In this document: positions 9,859 to 17,636 of the stretch, in pieces | How positions within the stretch are numbered: position 1 is the first letter of the stretch | How the letters are laid out: every line of letters starts with the position of its first letter | Source of the DNA: Verrucomicrobiota bacterium | Lineage (GTDB): Bacteria; Verrucomicrobiota; Verrucomicrobiia; Limisphaerales; UBA9464 | Assembly (NCBI GenBank): GCA_031384285.1 | Contig: JANNAJ010000239.1 | Span: 1-37,801 of the forward strand | Direction of reading: 5' to 3' | DNA length: 37,801 nucleotides | Notes under the pieces: generated by a model | Seen by the model: the letters and a program-made list of their open reading frames with translations, nothing else | Database searches by the model: none | Told to the model about the DNA's origin: nothing | Position numbers and translations under genes: made by a program

Positions 9859-10731
9859 TCACTTCGGGTCGAGGTTTTTCTGGAGCTGTCCGTTGGTGAC
9901 GGTCGAAGCGATCCCGTCCGCCGGCACGTCGGCCTTGGCGATCCAGACCAGCGCGTTCAGGACCAGTTTGCGGAAGTTGTCGTCGCCCCAGTTTTTGTGG
10001 TAGTGGCCGCCGGTGAACCCGAACCCGCGCCCGCCACCTTGGGAAGCGGGCCGGTCGTAGGTCCACATCAAGGTCTGGGCTTCTCCGCGGGCGACCTCGG
10101 CGCGCACGAACGGATTGCCGCTGTGCGGGCCGTTGGCGCCGACGGTCTCCTTCGGCGGGACGACGCTGAGGATGGGCGTGACGCCTTCCAGTCCGGGCGC
10201 GAAGCGCATGTGGTAGTACCACTCGTCGTGCATCTGGAAGGGCTTCACGCCCCGGGTGACGGCGTGTTCCGGGAAGCGGTCGAACCTCGCGGTCCAGGTC
10301 GGGTTCACGCTCCAGAACATCTCGAAGTAGCCGCCGGTCCAGCGGAGCATCGCGAAGCCGGGCTCACCCGCCGGCACTTCCACGCCATAGTGGGCGGTGC
10401 CGATGCCGACGCCTTTGGCCGCGAGGCCGTCGAGCAGCTTGAGGCGCTCCGGCTTGATGGCCGGGTGGCCGGAGCCGCCGTCGGCGAAGAGCAGGACCGC
10501 ATCGGCCGAGAGCAGCACCGATACGTCGTCCGGCCAGCCGTTGCTGACGACGGTCGGTCGGATGCCTGGGATCTTGGCCAGGCAATCCGAGAGCAGGAGC
10601 GCTCCGGCGCGGAACTCGTGCTCGGCCTTGCCGTGGCTCGGAGTGCCGGCGATGAGGACGATGGATTTGTCGGCGGCTTCGGCGGCGAACACCGCGGTCA
10701 CGGCGAAGAGGAGGGCGAGAGCTCGTTTCAT
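9859..10731 (-). CDS. ThuA-domain protein (trehalose-utilisation-like, class-I glutamine amidotransferase fold)
   Basis: 290 aa from the ATG at 10731 (MKRALALLF signal peptide). KSIVLIAGTPSHGKAEHEF...HDEWYYH...GGHYHKNW fits ThuA-like proteins as I recall them. It lies 40 nt upstream of the dehydrogenase-domain gene on the same strand. Confidence 0.7.
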   Translation of the reverse strand: MKRALALLFAVTAVFAAEAADKSIVLIAGTPSHGKAEHEFRAGALLLSDCLAKIPGIRPTVVSNGWPDDVSVLLSADAVLLFADGGSGHPAIKPERLKLLDGLAAKGVGIGTAHYGVEVPAGEPGFAMLRWTGGYFEMFWSVNPTWTARFDRFPEHAVTRGVKPFQMHDEWYYHMRFAPGLEGVTPILSVVPPKETVGANGPHSGNPFVRAEVARGEAQTLMWTYDRPASQGGGRGFGFTGGHYHKNWGDDNFRKLVLNALVWIAKADVPADGIASTVTNGQLQKNLDPK

Positions 10732-10800
10732 GGGGCAGCGGAGTCTGCCCCACACCGACCGCGCCGTGAACCGGTTTCTTCGATCCGGAATGCGCCGGTC

Positions 10801-11739
10801 TCAGTGGGCCGGGCTGTTCGTCGCGACGACCACCGCCGTGTTGCGTGGTTGCACGAGGGGCGGCCGCGGCGGCGGCGGAAGGGGCGGCGTGGCGATCTTC
10901 TGGACCAGCCTGCGCCATGCCGCGCGCTGGTCGGCCGGCATCGCCTGCCACTTGGCCGCGCTCTGGAGGAACTCCGACCGCTCTTCCGGAGACAACGCCC
11001 CGAACTGCCGGAAGGCCCGGACACAGCGGTCGCGGAGCTCGGGCGGAAGGCTGGAGAACTTCGCCAACGTGCGCTCCATCTGCTGCCGCTCCACGTCGGG
11101 CAAACGGCTCAGGGTCTTGTCGCGCTCAGGTCCGCTCAGGTCGAAGAAGCGCGAGAAATTGGCGGCTTTGCGGGCGCGTTCTTCGGCAGGAAGCGAGCTC
11201 CACCGGGCGAACTGTGTCTCGATCTCAGGCCGCGCGGGAGCTGGGACCTGTTCCAGCAGGGCCGCGAGCTTCCTCGGGTCCGCGCTCTCTTGCCGGACGA
11301 AATACGACAGCGAACGCTCGGTCTCCAGGATCTCGCGGCGGGTGTCTTCCGGCAGGGCGTCCCAAGCATGCAGCCGTTCCTCGAGCAACGGACGGTCCTC
11401 GGGCGGGACGCGTTCGAGGCGGTTGCTGCGGACCGTCGCCGGTGCCCGGAGCAGCGGCGATAGGTAGAACTGCAACTGCGCGACATGGAGGCGCAGCTCG
11501 CGTTGGTCCGGCGGGAGCGCCTCGAATTCTTTCAGTTTCGCGACGATCAAGGTGCGGGCCGATTCCGGCTTCGAGGCGAGCAGCTCGGACCGTTGCGATG
11601 CCGTGGCCGCCAAGAGCTGTCGGAAGAGGACGGCCGGAGATTGCCGCGGCTCCGGTACCGGCGGCGGCGCGGACGACGCGGCGACCAAGCGCACCGTCAG
11701 CAGGATCAACAGGAGCGGTCTTGGAAGGTGCGAGCTCAT
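10801..11739 (-). CDS. Secreted repeat protein, DUF3106-like (repeated W/F-x-x-LP-x-E/D-x-R helices)
   Basis: 312 aa from the ATG at 11739 with a signal peptide. At least 7 repeats of the form ALPPDQRELRL / RVPPEDRPLLEERLHAWDALPEDTRREI / RWSSLPAEERARKA / LSGPERDKTLSRLPDVERQQMERTLAKFSSLPPELRDR / LSPEERSEFLQSAAKWQAMPADQRAAWRRL. Confidence 0.6.
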   Translation of the reverse strand: MSSHLPRPLLLILLTVRLVAASSAPPPVPEPRQSPAVLFRQLLAATASQRSELLASKPESARTLIVAKLKEFEALPPDQRELRLHVAQLQFYLSPLLRAPATVRSNRLERVPPEDRPLLEERLHAWDALPEDTRREILETERSLSYFVRQESADPRKLAALLEQVPAPARPEIETQFARWSSLPAEERARKAANFSRFFDLSGPERDKTLSRLPDVERQQMERTLAKFSSLPPELRDRCVRAFRQFGALSPEERSEFLQSAAKWQAMPADQRAAWRRLVQKIATPPLPPPPRPPLVQPRNTAVVVATNSPAH

Positions 11740-11750
11740 CGCCGGATGTC

Positions 11751-12248
11751 TCACTGGGCCAGTGCCGCGACGAGCTCGACGTCGCCCGGGAGCGGCGTGG
11801 CTTCGAGCGCGCGGATCGCTTCGAAATCGCGGAGCGCCTCCACATCGGGGAAGACCTGCGCGACTTCGGCGACGTTCGTGGCGAGCTGCGCGCGTTGATG
11901 GGCCTGGAATTGCCACCATCCGGACATCGCCACGGCCAACGCGGCGAACGAGACCGCAGGGCCGATGATGCGGAAACCTCCCAACCAAGCGGGCCAGCCG
12001 CGGCTCCGCCGTTTCCGGGCGGCTTCATCTCGGTCGATCTCTGCCCAGACCCGGGAGGCGAAGTTGCCGGGGACTTGTGCCGCCGGCAGCATGTCGAGCG
12101 CGGCGTCCAACGCCAGTTCTTCGGCCAGACGCGCCTGTTCCCGAGGGCGGCCGGCGAGGCCCCGGTGCAAGGCACCGGCCTCGTCGGGCGTCAGCCGGCG
12201 GCCTTCCAAGGCATCCAACCAATCAGCATGGGGGTCAGGCGTGTTCAT
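11751..12248 (-). CDS. Single-pass membrane protein, anti-sigma-factor-like
   Basis: 165 aa from the ATG at 12248. Short cytoplasmic helical N-terminus, one TM segment (GFRIIGPAVSFAALAVAMSGWW), small periplasmic tail. An 11-nt gap separates it from the DUF3106-like gene. This architecture usually sits beside an ECF sigma factor. Call rests on architecture and context only. Confidence 0.45.
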   Translation of the reverse strand: MNTPDPHADWLDALEGRRLTPDEAGALHRGLAGRPREQARLAEELALDAALDMLPAAQVPGNFASRVWAEIDRDEAARKRRSRGWPAWLGGFRIIGPAVSFAALAVAMSGWWQFQAHQRAQLATNVAEVAQVFPDVEALRDFEAIRALEATPLPGDVELVAALAQ

Positions 12249-12337
12249 GCGAGACCCGGGTTCAAAACCGTCCCGGAGGGAAAGTTGCGGGCGACGGTGG
12301 ACGGCCAGGCCGGTGCTGGGCACCGCCCGCCGCCCGG

Positions 12338-12364
12338 TTTGACCGTCCGGTTCCCACCGGTTCC
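12338..12364 (-). promoter_or_regulatory. Candidate ECF-type promoter (GGAAC-N16-GTCAAA) upstream of the anti-sigma-like / DUF3106-like pair
   Basis: The minus strand reads catcGGGAACCggtgggaaccggacgGTCAAAccggg. The -35 GGAAC is at 12364-12360 and the GTC/TCAAA at 12343-12338, about 90 nt upstream of the ATG at 12248. The -35 lies within a 10-bp tandem repeat (12346-12365). Confidence 0.3.
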
Positions 12365-12432
12365 CGATGGCGCGCCAGAGTCCGGCCCGAAAGGCCCCGA
12401 GGAATCCACAACCGTTCCGTCCTGACCGCTGG

Positions 12433-14448
12433 TCAAGGCTTCAGTTCCCATTTCTCGCCGAAGAATCCCGCCGCGGCGATGCCTCCGGGGGCGCGGGAGG
12501 TCACCGGCTTGCTGATGTCGATGACGGCCCAATCGGGGAGCTTCGGGGTCTGGCGGGCGTTGTTCAGGTAGTCGTATTCCCGGAAGGTGAACCCGCTGTT
12601 CAGCACGACATAGCGGGACGGGTTCAACGGGTTGGGGAAGATGAGCACCGGGACGTTCGAGTCGGCCGGATAGGTCTTGCCGCCCACCACGACACCCGCG
12701 GCGGTCCAGCGGATGGGCAGCCGGTCGGCGATCTTCGCCAATAGCGTGTTGCCCGAGGGATCGCCCCAGAGGACGAGGTTGTGGTCCGCGATGTCGGCGT
12801 CCGTGACCGACGAATCGTCCTTCAGACGGACTTCGCCGCGATATTGGCGGCGCCAGTGTTCCGCTGCATGCGCGGATTCCGTGGCGACCCAAGCCCCGAC
12901 CGTCGGATTGAGCGGCTGGCCGGTCGGTCGGACGAACAGGAAGGAATCCATGAACGCGTCGTCGATCGGGCCTTGTAGGCCATGGCGTTTCCGGAGGTCG
13001 TCCGACGGCGCCTTGCCGTCGCGCCACGCCACGCCTTGCTTGTGGAACGAGACAGTCCACGAACGGTCCGAACCGGGCGCCGGGGCGGTCATCTTGTCGC
13101 CGTCCAGATCGATCGACACGGTCCGCCGCAGGTTGAACGGGCAGAGGCCGGGCGGCATGGTGAGCGTGATGGCGGTGACGTTGGTGGTGACGATCCGGAC
13201 CTCGTTGTCGCCAGTCGAGAACGAGGCTTCGACGCGAGCGGGTTCCCAGTGTTGTCCGAGACCGTCCACCGTCACCCAGGCCATCTCGTTGTGCCGGAGA
13301 GAGTGGGTGACGAAGCGGACGTCCTTTGGCAACGGGTCCCGGCCCCGGGCGACGATGGCGTCGATGCGGCGGTTCAGCTCGGCCTTGGTCGAGGCCTCGT
13401 ACTTGTGGCCGGTCTTGGGGCCGATGAGGTGCGTGAGCGAGAGCCCTTCTGCGGCCATCGCATTAGCCATCATTTCGGCGGCCTGCTTTTGGCCGTCGAT
13501 CTCGCCGCTGTAGGCGACGAGCGGGACCATCCCGACGTTGAGCGCCTCGGTGGTCGAATCGTACAGCCCCCAGAGCTTCTGCTCCCAAGGTGCCGGCCGG
13601 AGGGTCTCGTTCTGGAAGACCTTGAGGAAATCGGCGGTCTCACTGAACCCGGCGCCCGGGGCCGCCGCGGCCCAACGGCTGGCGAAGTGCGTGGCGAAGT
13701 GCCAGCAGGAGGCGCCGCCGAGCGAGAATCCCCGGACGACCAACCGGTCCTCGTCGATCGGATAGTTGCGCTTCACGTCGGCGAACGCTTCCCACAGATC
13801 CGTCTCGCCGGCGAAGCGCGAGCCGTTGCAGTAGCGTCCGTAGAGGTGGAGCACGAACGCTCCGCGCGGCGTGAACTCGCCGGGGTTGCGCATGCGGTCG
13901 TTGAGGAACGCGAGTTCGGTCAGGTTCTCGCCCCGTCCGTGGAACCAGAAATCAAGGCGGTGGCTCCGCCCGTCATGGGGGTCGAAACCTTCGGGCACGA
14001 CCAGTCCGTACGGTTGCACGGAGCCGTCGATCTTCGACACGTAGCCGCGCACGACCAGGCCGCGCGCTTGCGGCCAGAGCGGTTTGCCGTCGCGCAAGGC
14101 GGCCGCGCGGGCAGAACCTTCTTTGAGCAGGTTCCGCGCGGCGTCGACCTCGTTCGTCCGATAGAACTCGTCATGGCGGAGCGCCCAGCCGACCGATTTG
14201 TGGAAGATCTGCACGTCGGGCAGCAGCGCCAGCGCGGCGGGCTTCGTCGCGAGCCCGGCCCGCAAGGCTTCGATCTCTGAGCCGAGCTTGGCCACGCCGT
14301 CCGCGAGCTCCTTGCGGGCGTCCTCCGGTATGACGATGCCGGGCGGCGGGACGCGGCGGACCTTGTCCGCTTGGTTGTCCGCGGGACCGTCGGCGGAGAG
14401 CGCGGTGGCAAAGACGACTGCGACGATGACGGACAAGGTGAGGCGCAT
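12433..14448 (-). CDS. Secreted alpha/beta-hydrolase, prolyl-oligopeptidase (S9)-like serine peptidase/esterase
   Basis: 671 aa from the ATG at 14448 (MRLTLSVIVAVVFATALSA signal peptide). Nucleophile elbow RGFSLGGAS and a downstream acidic/His region (SGEIDGQ..., GPKTGHKY). Confidence 0.7.
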   Translation of the reverse strand: MRLTLSVIVAVVFATALSADGPADNQADKVRRVPPPGIVIPEDARKELADGVAKLGSEIEALRAGLATKPAALALLPDVQIFHKSVGWALRHDEFYRTNEVDAARNLLKEGSARAAALRDGKPLWPQARGLVVRGYVSKIDGSVQPYGLVVPEGFDPHDGRSHRLDFWFHGRGENLTELAFLNDRMRNPGEFTPRGAFVLHLYGRYCNGSRFAGETDLWEAFADVKRNYPIDEDRLVVRGFSLGGASCWHFATHFASRWAAAAPGAGFSETADFLKVFQNETLRPAPWEQKLWGLYDSTTEALNVGMVPLVAYSGEIDGQKQAAEMMANAMAAEGLSLTHLIGPKTGHKYEASTKAELNRRIDAIVARGRDPLPKDVRFVTHSLRHNEMAWVTVDGLGQHWEPARVEASFSTGDNEVRIVTTNVTAITLTMPPGLCPFNLRRTVSIDLDGDKMTAPAPGSDRSWTVSFHKQGVAWRDGKAPSDDLRKRHGLQGPIDDAFMDSFLFVRPTGQPLNPTVGAWVATESAHAAEHWRRQYRGEVRLKDDSSVTDADIADHNLVLWGDPSGNTLLAKIADRLPIRWTAAGVVVGGKTYPADSNVPVLIFPNPLNPSRYVVLNSGFTFREYDYLNNARQTPKLPDWAVIDISKPVTSRAPGGIAAAGFFGEKWELKP

Positions 14449-14533
14449 GGAGAAGTAGGGCGGCAGAGAAACGGAACCGGCCCGGGCCGACAAGCCCGCG
14501 TTGTGCGGGATGCCGGCATCCGTCCGTGCGGAC

Positions 14534-15286
14534 TCAGCGGCCGGGGAAACTGCTCGTCCGCGGGGGTTGCGGACGGGCGTCCTGCATCAGGTCCACCAGC
14601 CCGCGATGCGTGAGGAACCAGAACAGTCCGCCCGCGATGGTCATGGCCGCTGCCGCCAGCGACAGGCAGCTCGGCCCGAACCGGAGATCTGCAAGAGCTC
14701 CCAAGCAGCCGCCACCTCCGAATGCGAGGACCACCACAGTGAGGTACAAAAGCTTGCCACGGTCGATCTGGCGGTGCCGGATCCAATGACCCAACATCAC
14801 GCCGATATCGGTAACGGTACCGGTGATGTGGGTGGTCCGGATCACCAGCCCGCAATAGCTGCTGGTCATGGCGTTCTGGAGCCCGCAGGCCATCGCGACC
14901 GTGGGCAGGCCGAGGCGGTGTCCCGCCATCAGCAAGCCGGTCGCCACGGCGAGCAGGGCGCCTTCCACCATCATCACGACGCCATAGCTCCGGCTCGGCA
15001 CAAGCTTCAGCGCTCCCACCAACAGGCCGGCGACCATCGCGCCGAGCAAGAAGCCGAGGATGATGCTGGACGAAGCCAACGCGTCCGCCACCCGGCCATC
15101 GGCGAGATCGAGCCCGAGATGGGACACGGCGCCTGTCATGTGGCTGACCGGCGTGCGGAAAAAACCGAGGACCACCGAGTTGATGTAGCCTGCGGTGCCC
15201 GCCAAAGCGACAGCGCCGGGGAGCAGGTGCCGCACCCGGCGATGCACCTCGTGATGGTCGAAGGATTGGGGATGGGAGTAAGGCAT
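14534..15286 (-). CDS. DUF1275 (YoaK-like) integral membrane protein
   Basis: 250 aa from the ATG at 15286, about 6 TM segments. AGYINSVVLG...VSHMTGA...GLQNAMTS...RTTHITGTVTDIG is the pattern I associate with DUF1275. Confidence 0.7.
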   Translation of the reverse strand: MPYSHPQSFDHHEVHRRVRHLLPGAVALAGTAGYINSVVLGFFRTPVSHMTGAVSHLGLDLADGRVADALASSSIILGFLLGAMVAGLLVGALKLVPSRSYGVVMMVEGALLAVATGLLMAGHRLGLPTVAMACGLQNAMTSSYCGLVIRTTHITGTVTDIGVMLGHWIRHRQIDRGKLLYLTVVVLAFGGGGCLGALADLRFGPSCLSLAAAAMTIAGGLFWFLTHRGLVDLMQDARPQPPRTSSFPGR

Positions 15287-15570
15287 CGGGTTCCGGACCA
15301 GGACTTCAACACCGCTGTTTCGATGCTCACGCTGCCCCCGGGCGGTGCGCAAGCTCGACCTTTCGGCCGAATCCTGGCTGGCGTTCAAGACAGCTGTAGC
15401 ATACCGTGCATACAGTTTTACGTAACCGTCGCCCCGCCCGGCATGTCGCCTGCGTGATGGCTGCGATGGCCGATACCATGGTGATGCAACTGGACCGGAC
15501 GACCCTTACGACCGACGGGATCGGCACGCCTGAGCGACCGGAGGGGGCGCGCGATCGGGGCCTGCGGGTC

Positions 15571-16797
15571 ATGGCGTTCGCGTTGGCGGCGATGTTGCAG
15601 CTCTTCCAGCAGGTGCGCGGGCGGGCCGAGGATGTCATCGCGTACCGCTACGAGAACTATCGCGAGGACGCCGGACGGGTCGCGGTCGACACCCAGACGG
15701 CCTATTTCGAGGCGACGCTCAACCCACGGATCGCGGTGAAGGGGCAATTCGTCTACGACGCCATCTCTGGCGCCACCCCGACAGGAGGGCCGCCGGCAGC
15801 GGGCGACGCGCAGGTGCCCTTGGTCGCGCTGCACGACCAGAGGCATTCCGGTAGCATCAGCAGCGATGTCAAGGCGGGTCGCAGCACGACGACGCCCGGT
15901 TTCGCCTACAGCACGGAGAGCGACTACGAGTCCACCGGGATCTCGCTCAACGAATCCATCGATTTCAACCAGCGCAACACCACGCTCAACATCGGGGCGG
16001 CGCACAATTTCGACCGGGTCAAAGGGTTCTTCCAAAGGGATTGGCAGGACAAGGGCTCCACGGATGTGCTGGTCGGTGTCAACCAGCTCCTAGGTCCGCA
16101 CACGTACGTCACCGCCAACGTCACCCTCGGCTACTCCGACGGCTACCTGACCGATCCCTACAAGGGCGTGAACTTCACGTACCGCTACCCGATCAGCTTT
16201 TACGACCCGGCTGACGTGGACGTGAACTCGCCGGAGCAGAGGCCGACCCACAAGTTCCGCCAGGTCGCCTTGGTGAGCCTCACCCACTATGTCGAGGCGG
16301 TGCGCGGGAGCGCCGAGATCAGCTACCGTTTCCATCACGACGACTGGGGGATCTTCTCCCAGACCGTGGAGCTCGCATGGCACCAGAAGTTGGGCAAGCG
16401 GCTGATGGTCTCGCCGCTGTTCCGTTTCTACCACCAGACCGCGGCCGATTTCTACGCGACGCGGTTCGATGGAGACCCTTCGTTCCCCGACGGTGCCGTC
16501 GGTGCCGCGCAGAAGGACGGCTTCAGCATCCTGTTCAACGACGACCCGGCCTTCCCCGGGGACGCCGCGGGGTCGTTCGCTGTCCCGACACATCCAAAGG
16601 ACTTCTCGTCGGACTACCGGCTTTCGCGGCTCGACACCTTCACCTACGGCGTCGGGGTCTCTTGGCGCGTCCACGACAACTTGAGTTTCGAAGCCGCTTA
16701 CAAGCGCTACGAGATGGTCGGTCTCGATGGTGTCACGTTGGCGAGCGCCTACCCGAGCGCCCACATCTTCACCTTGGGATTCGGGCTGCCCTTCTGA
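15571..16797 (+). CDS. DUF3570-like outer-membrane beta-barrel protein
   Basis: 408 aa from the ATG at 15571. In-frame alternative starts exist upstream to the GTG at 15406, so the start is uncertain. Alternating beta-strand pattern, YRYENYRED..., C-terminal ...HIFTLGFGLPF (aromatic terminus). Family call from memory. Confidence 0.65.
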   Translation: MAFALAAMLQLFQQVRGRAEDVIAYRYENYREDAGRVAVDTQTAYFEATLNPRIAVKGQFVYDAISGATPTGGPPAAGDAQVPLVALHDQRHSGSISSDVKAGRSTTTPGFAYSTESDYESTGISLNESIDFNQRNTTLNIGAAHNFDRVKGFFQRDWQDKGSTDVLVGVNQLLGPHTYVTANVTLGYSDGYLTDPYKGVNFTYRYPISFYDPADVDVNSPEQRPTHKFRQVALVSLTHYVEAVRGSAEISYRFHHDDWGIFSQTVELAWHQKLGKRLMVSPLFRFYHQTAADFYATRFDGDPSFPDGAVGAAQKDGFSILFNDDPAFPGDAAGSFAVPTHPKDFSSDYRLSRLDTFTYGVGVSWRVHDNLSFEAAYKRYEMVGLDGVTLASAYPSAHIFTLGFGLPF

Positions 16798-16843
16798 GAC
16801 CCGGTCACCACGTCCATCGTCCGATCCACTAAGCCAAGATCCT

Positions 16844-17341
16844 ATGACCTCCCTCACAAACCGTCTGGCCGTCCTCGTCGTGGCCATCGCCTCCGCCATG
16901 TCCGCTCTCGCGGGCCAGCCGAAGGTCGGTGATGTCTTCCCGTCCCTCGCGGACTTCAAGTTGGAAGGGACGTTGCCCGACCTGAAGGACAAGGTGGTCG
17001 TGGTCGATTTCTGGGCGTCCTGGTGCGGGCCCTGCAAGGCCTCCTTCCCGGCGTTCGTCGAGCTGCATCAGAAGTTCGCCGACAAGGGTCTCGTCATCGT
17101 CGCCGTGAGCCTCGACGAGGACAAAGGTGACATGGAGGGTTTCCTCAAGAAGACGAAGGTGCCGTTCGCCGCGGTGCGCGACGCCAAGCAGAAGCTCGCC
17201 GAGAAGCTCTCCATCGAATCCATCCCGACGACCTTCATCGTGGGGCGGGACGGGAAGATCGCCGCGTTGCACAACGGATACGGCGGCGATTCCACCAAGC
17301 GGGAGCTGATCGCGACCGTGGGGAAGCTCTTGGGAAAGTGA
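16844..17341 (+). CDS. TlpA-family periplasmic thiol:disulfide oxidoreductase (redoxin)
   Basis: 165 aa with a signal peptide. VVVVDFWASWCGPCKASFP active site and the IPTTFIVGRDGKI cis-Pro loop region. Confidence 0.85.
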   Translation: MTSLTNRLAVLVVAIASAMSALAGQPKVGDVFPSLADFKLEGTLPDLKDKVVVVDFWASWCGPCKASFPAFVELHQKFADKGLVIVAVSLDEDKGDMEGFLKKTKVPFAAVRDAKQKLAEKLSIESIPTTFIVGRDGKIAALHNGYGGDSTKRELIATVGKLLGK

Positions 17342-17345
17342 CCCG

Positions 17346-17573
17346 ATGAAGACCTTCCTTATCCGGTCCCGCTGGGTCTGGCTCTTGGTCGTCGTGCCGG
17401 CGTTCACGGGCTGCCAGAACGTGAAGCCATGGCAACGCGGGACCTTGGCGGACGCGGTCATGCGAGCGGACCGCGATCCCGCGGGGGTGTCGCTCACCGA
17501 GCACGTGTTCTTCAGCCGGGAAGCCGCCAGCGGCGGGCGCGGCGTCGGCGGTGGCGGCTGCGGCTGCAACTGA
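17346..17573 (+). CDS. DUF4266-family small lipoprotein with a C-terminal GGGCGCN tail
   Basis: 75 aa. Lipobox VVVPAFTGC. The C-terminus ...EAASGGRGVGGGGCGCN carries the GGCGC motif I recall as the DUF4266 signature. Starts 4 nt after the TlpA stop. Confidence 0.8.
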   Translation: MKTFLIRSRWVWLLVVVPAFTGCQNVKPWQRGTLADAVMRADRDPAGVSLTEHVFFSREAASGGRGVGGGGCGCN

Positions 17574-17636
17574 CGTCCCCTTCGCTGGTCCTTCTGCATC
17601 CCTGCGAGCACCGCAGCGAACCTGATCTTCCCCCGA

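Noticed and set aside
12249-12432. GGGTTCAAAACCG resembles a tRNA T-loop.
   Set aside because: The flanking bases do not form a T-stem, and no acceptor or anticodon arms can be drawn.
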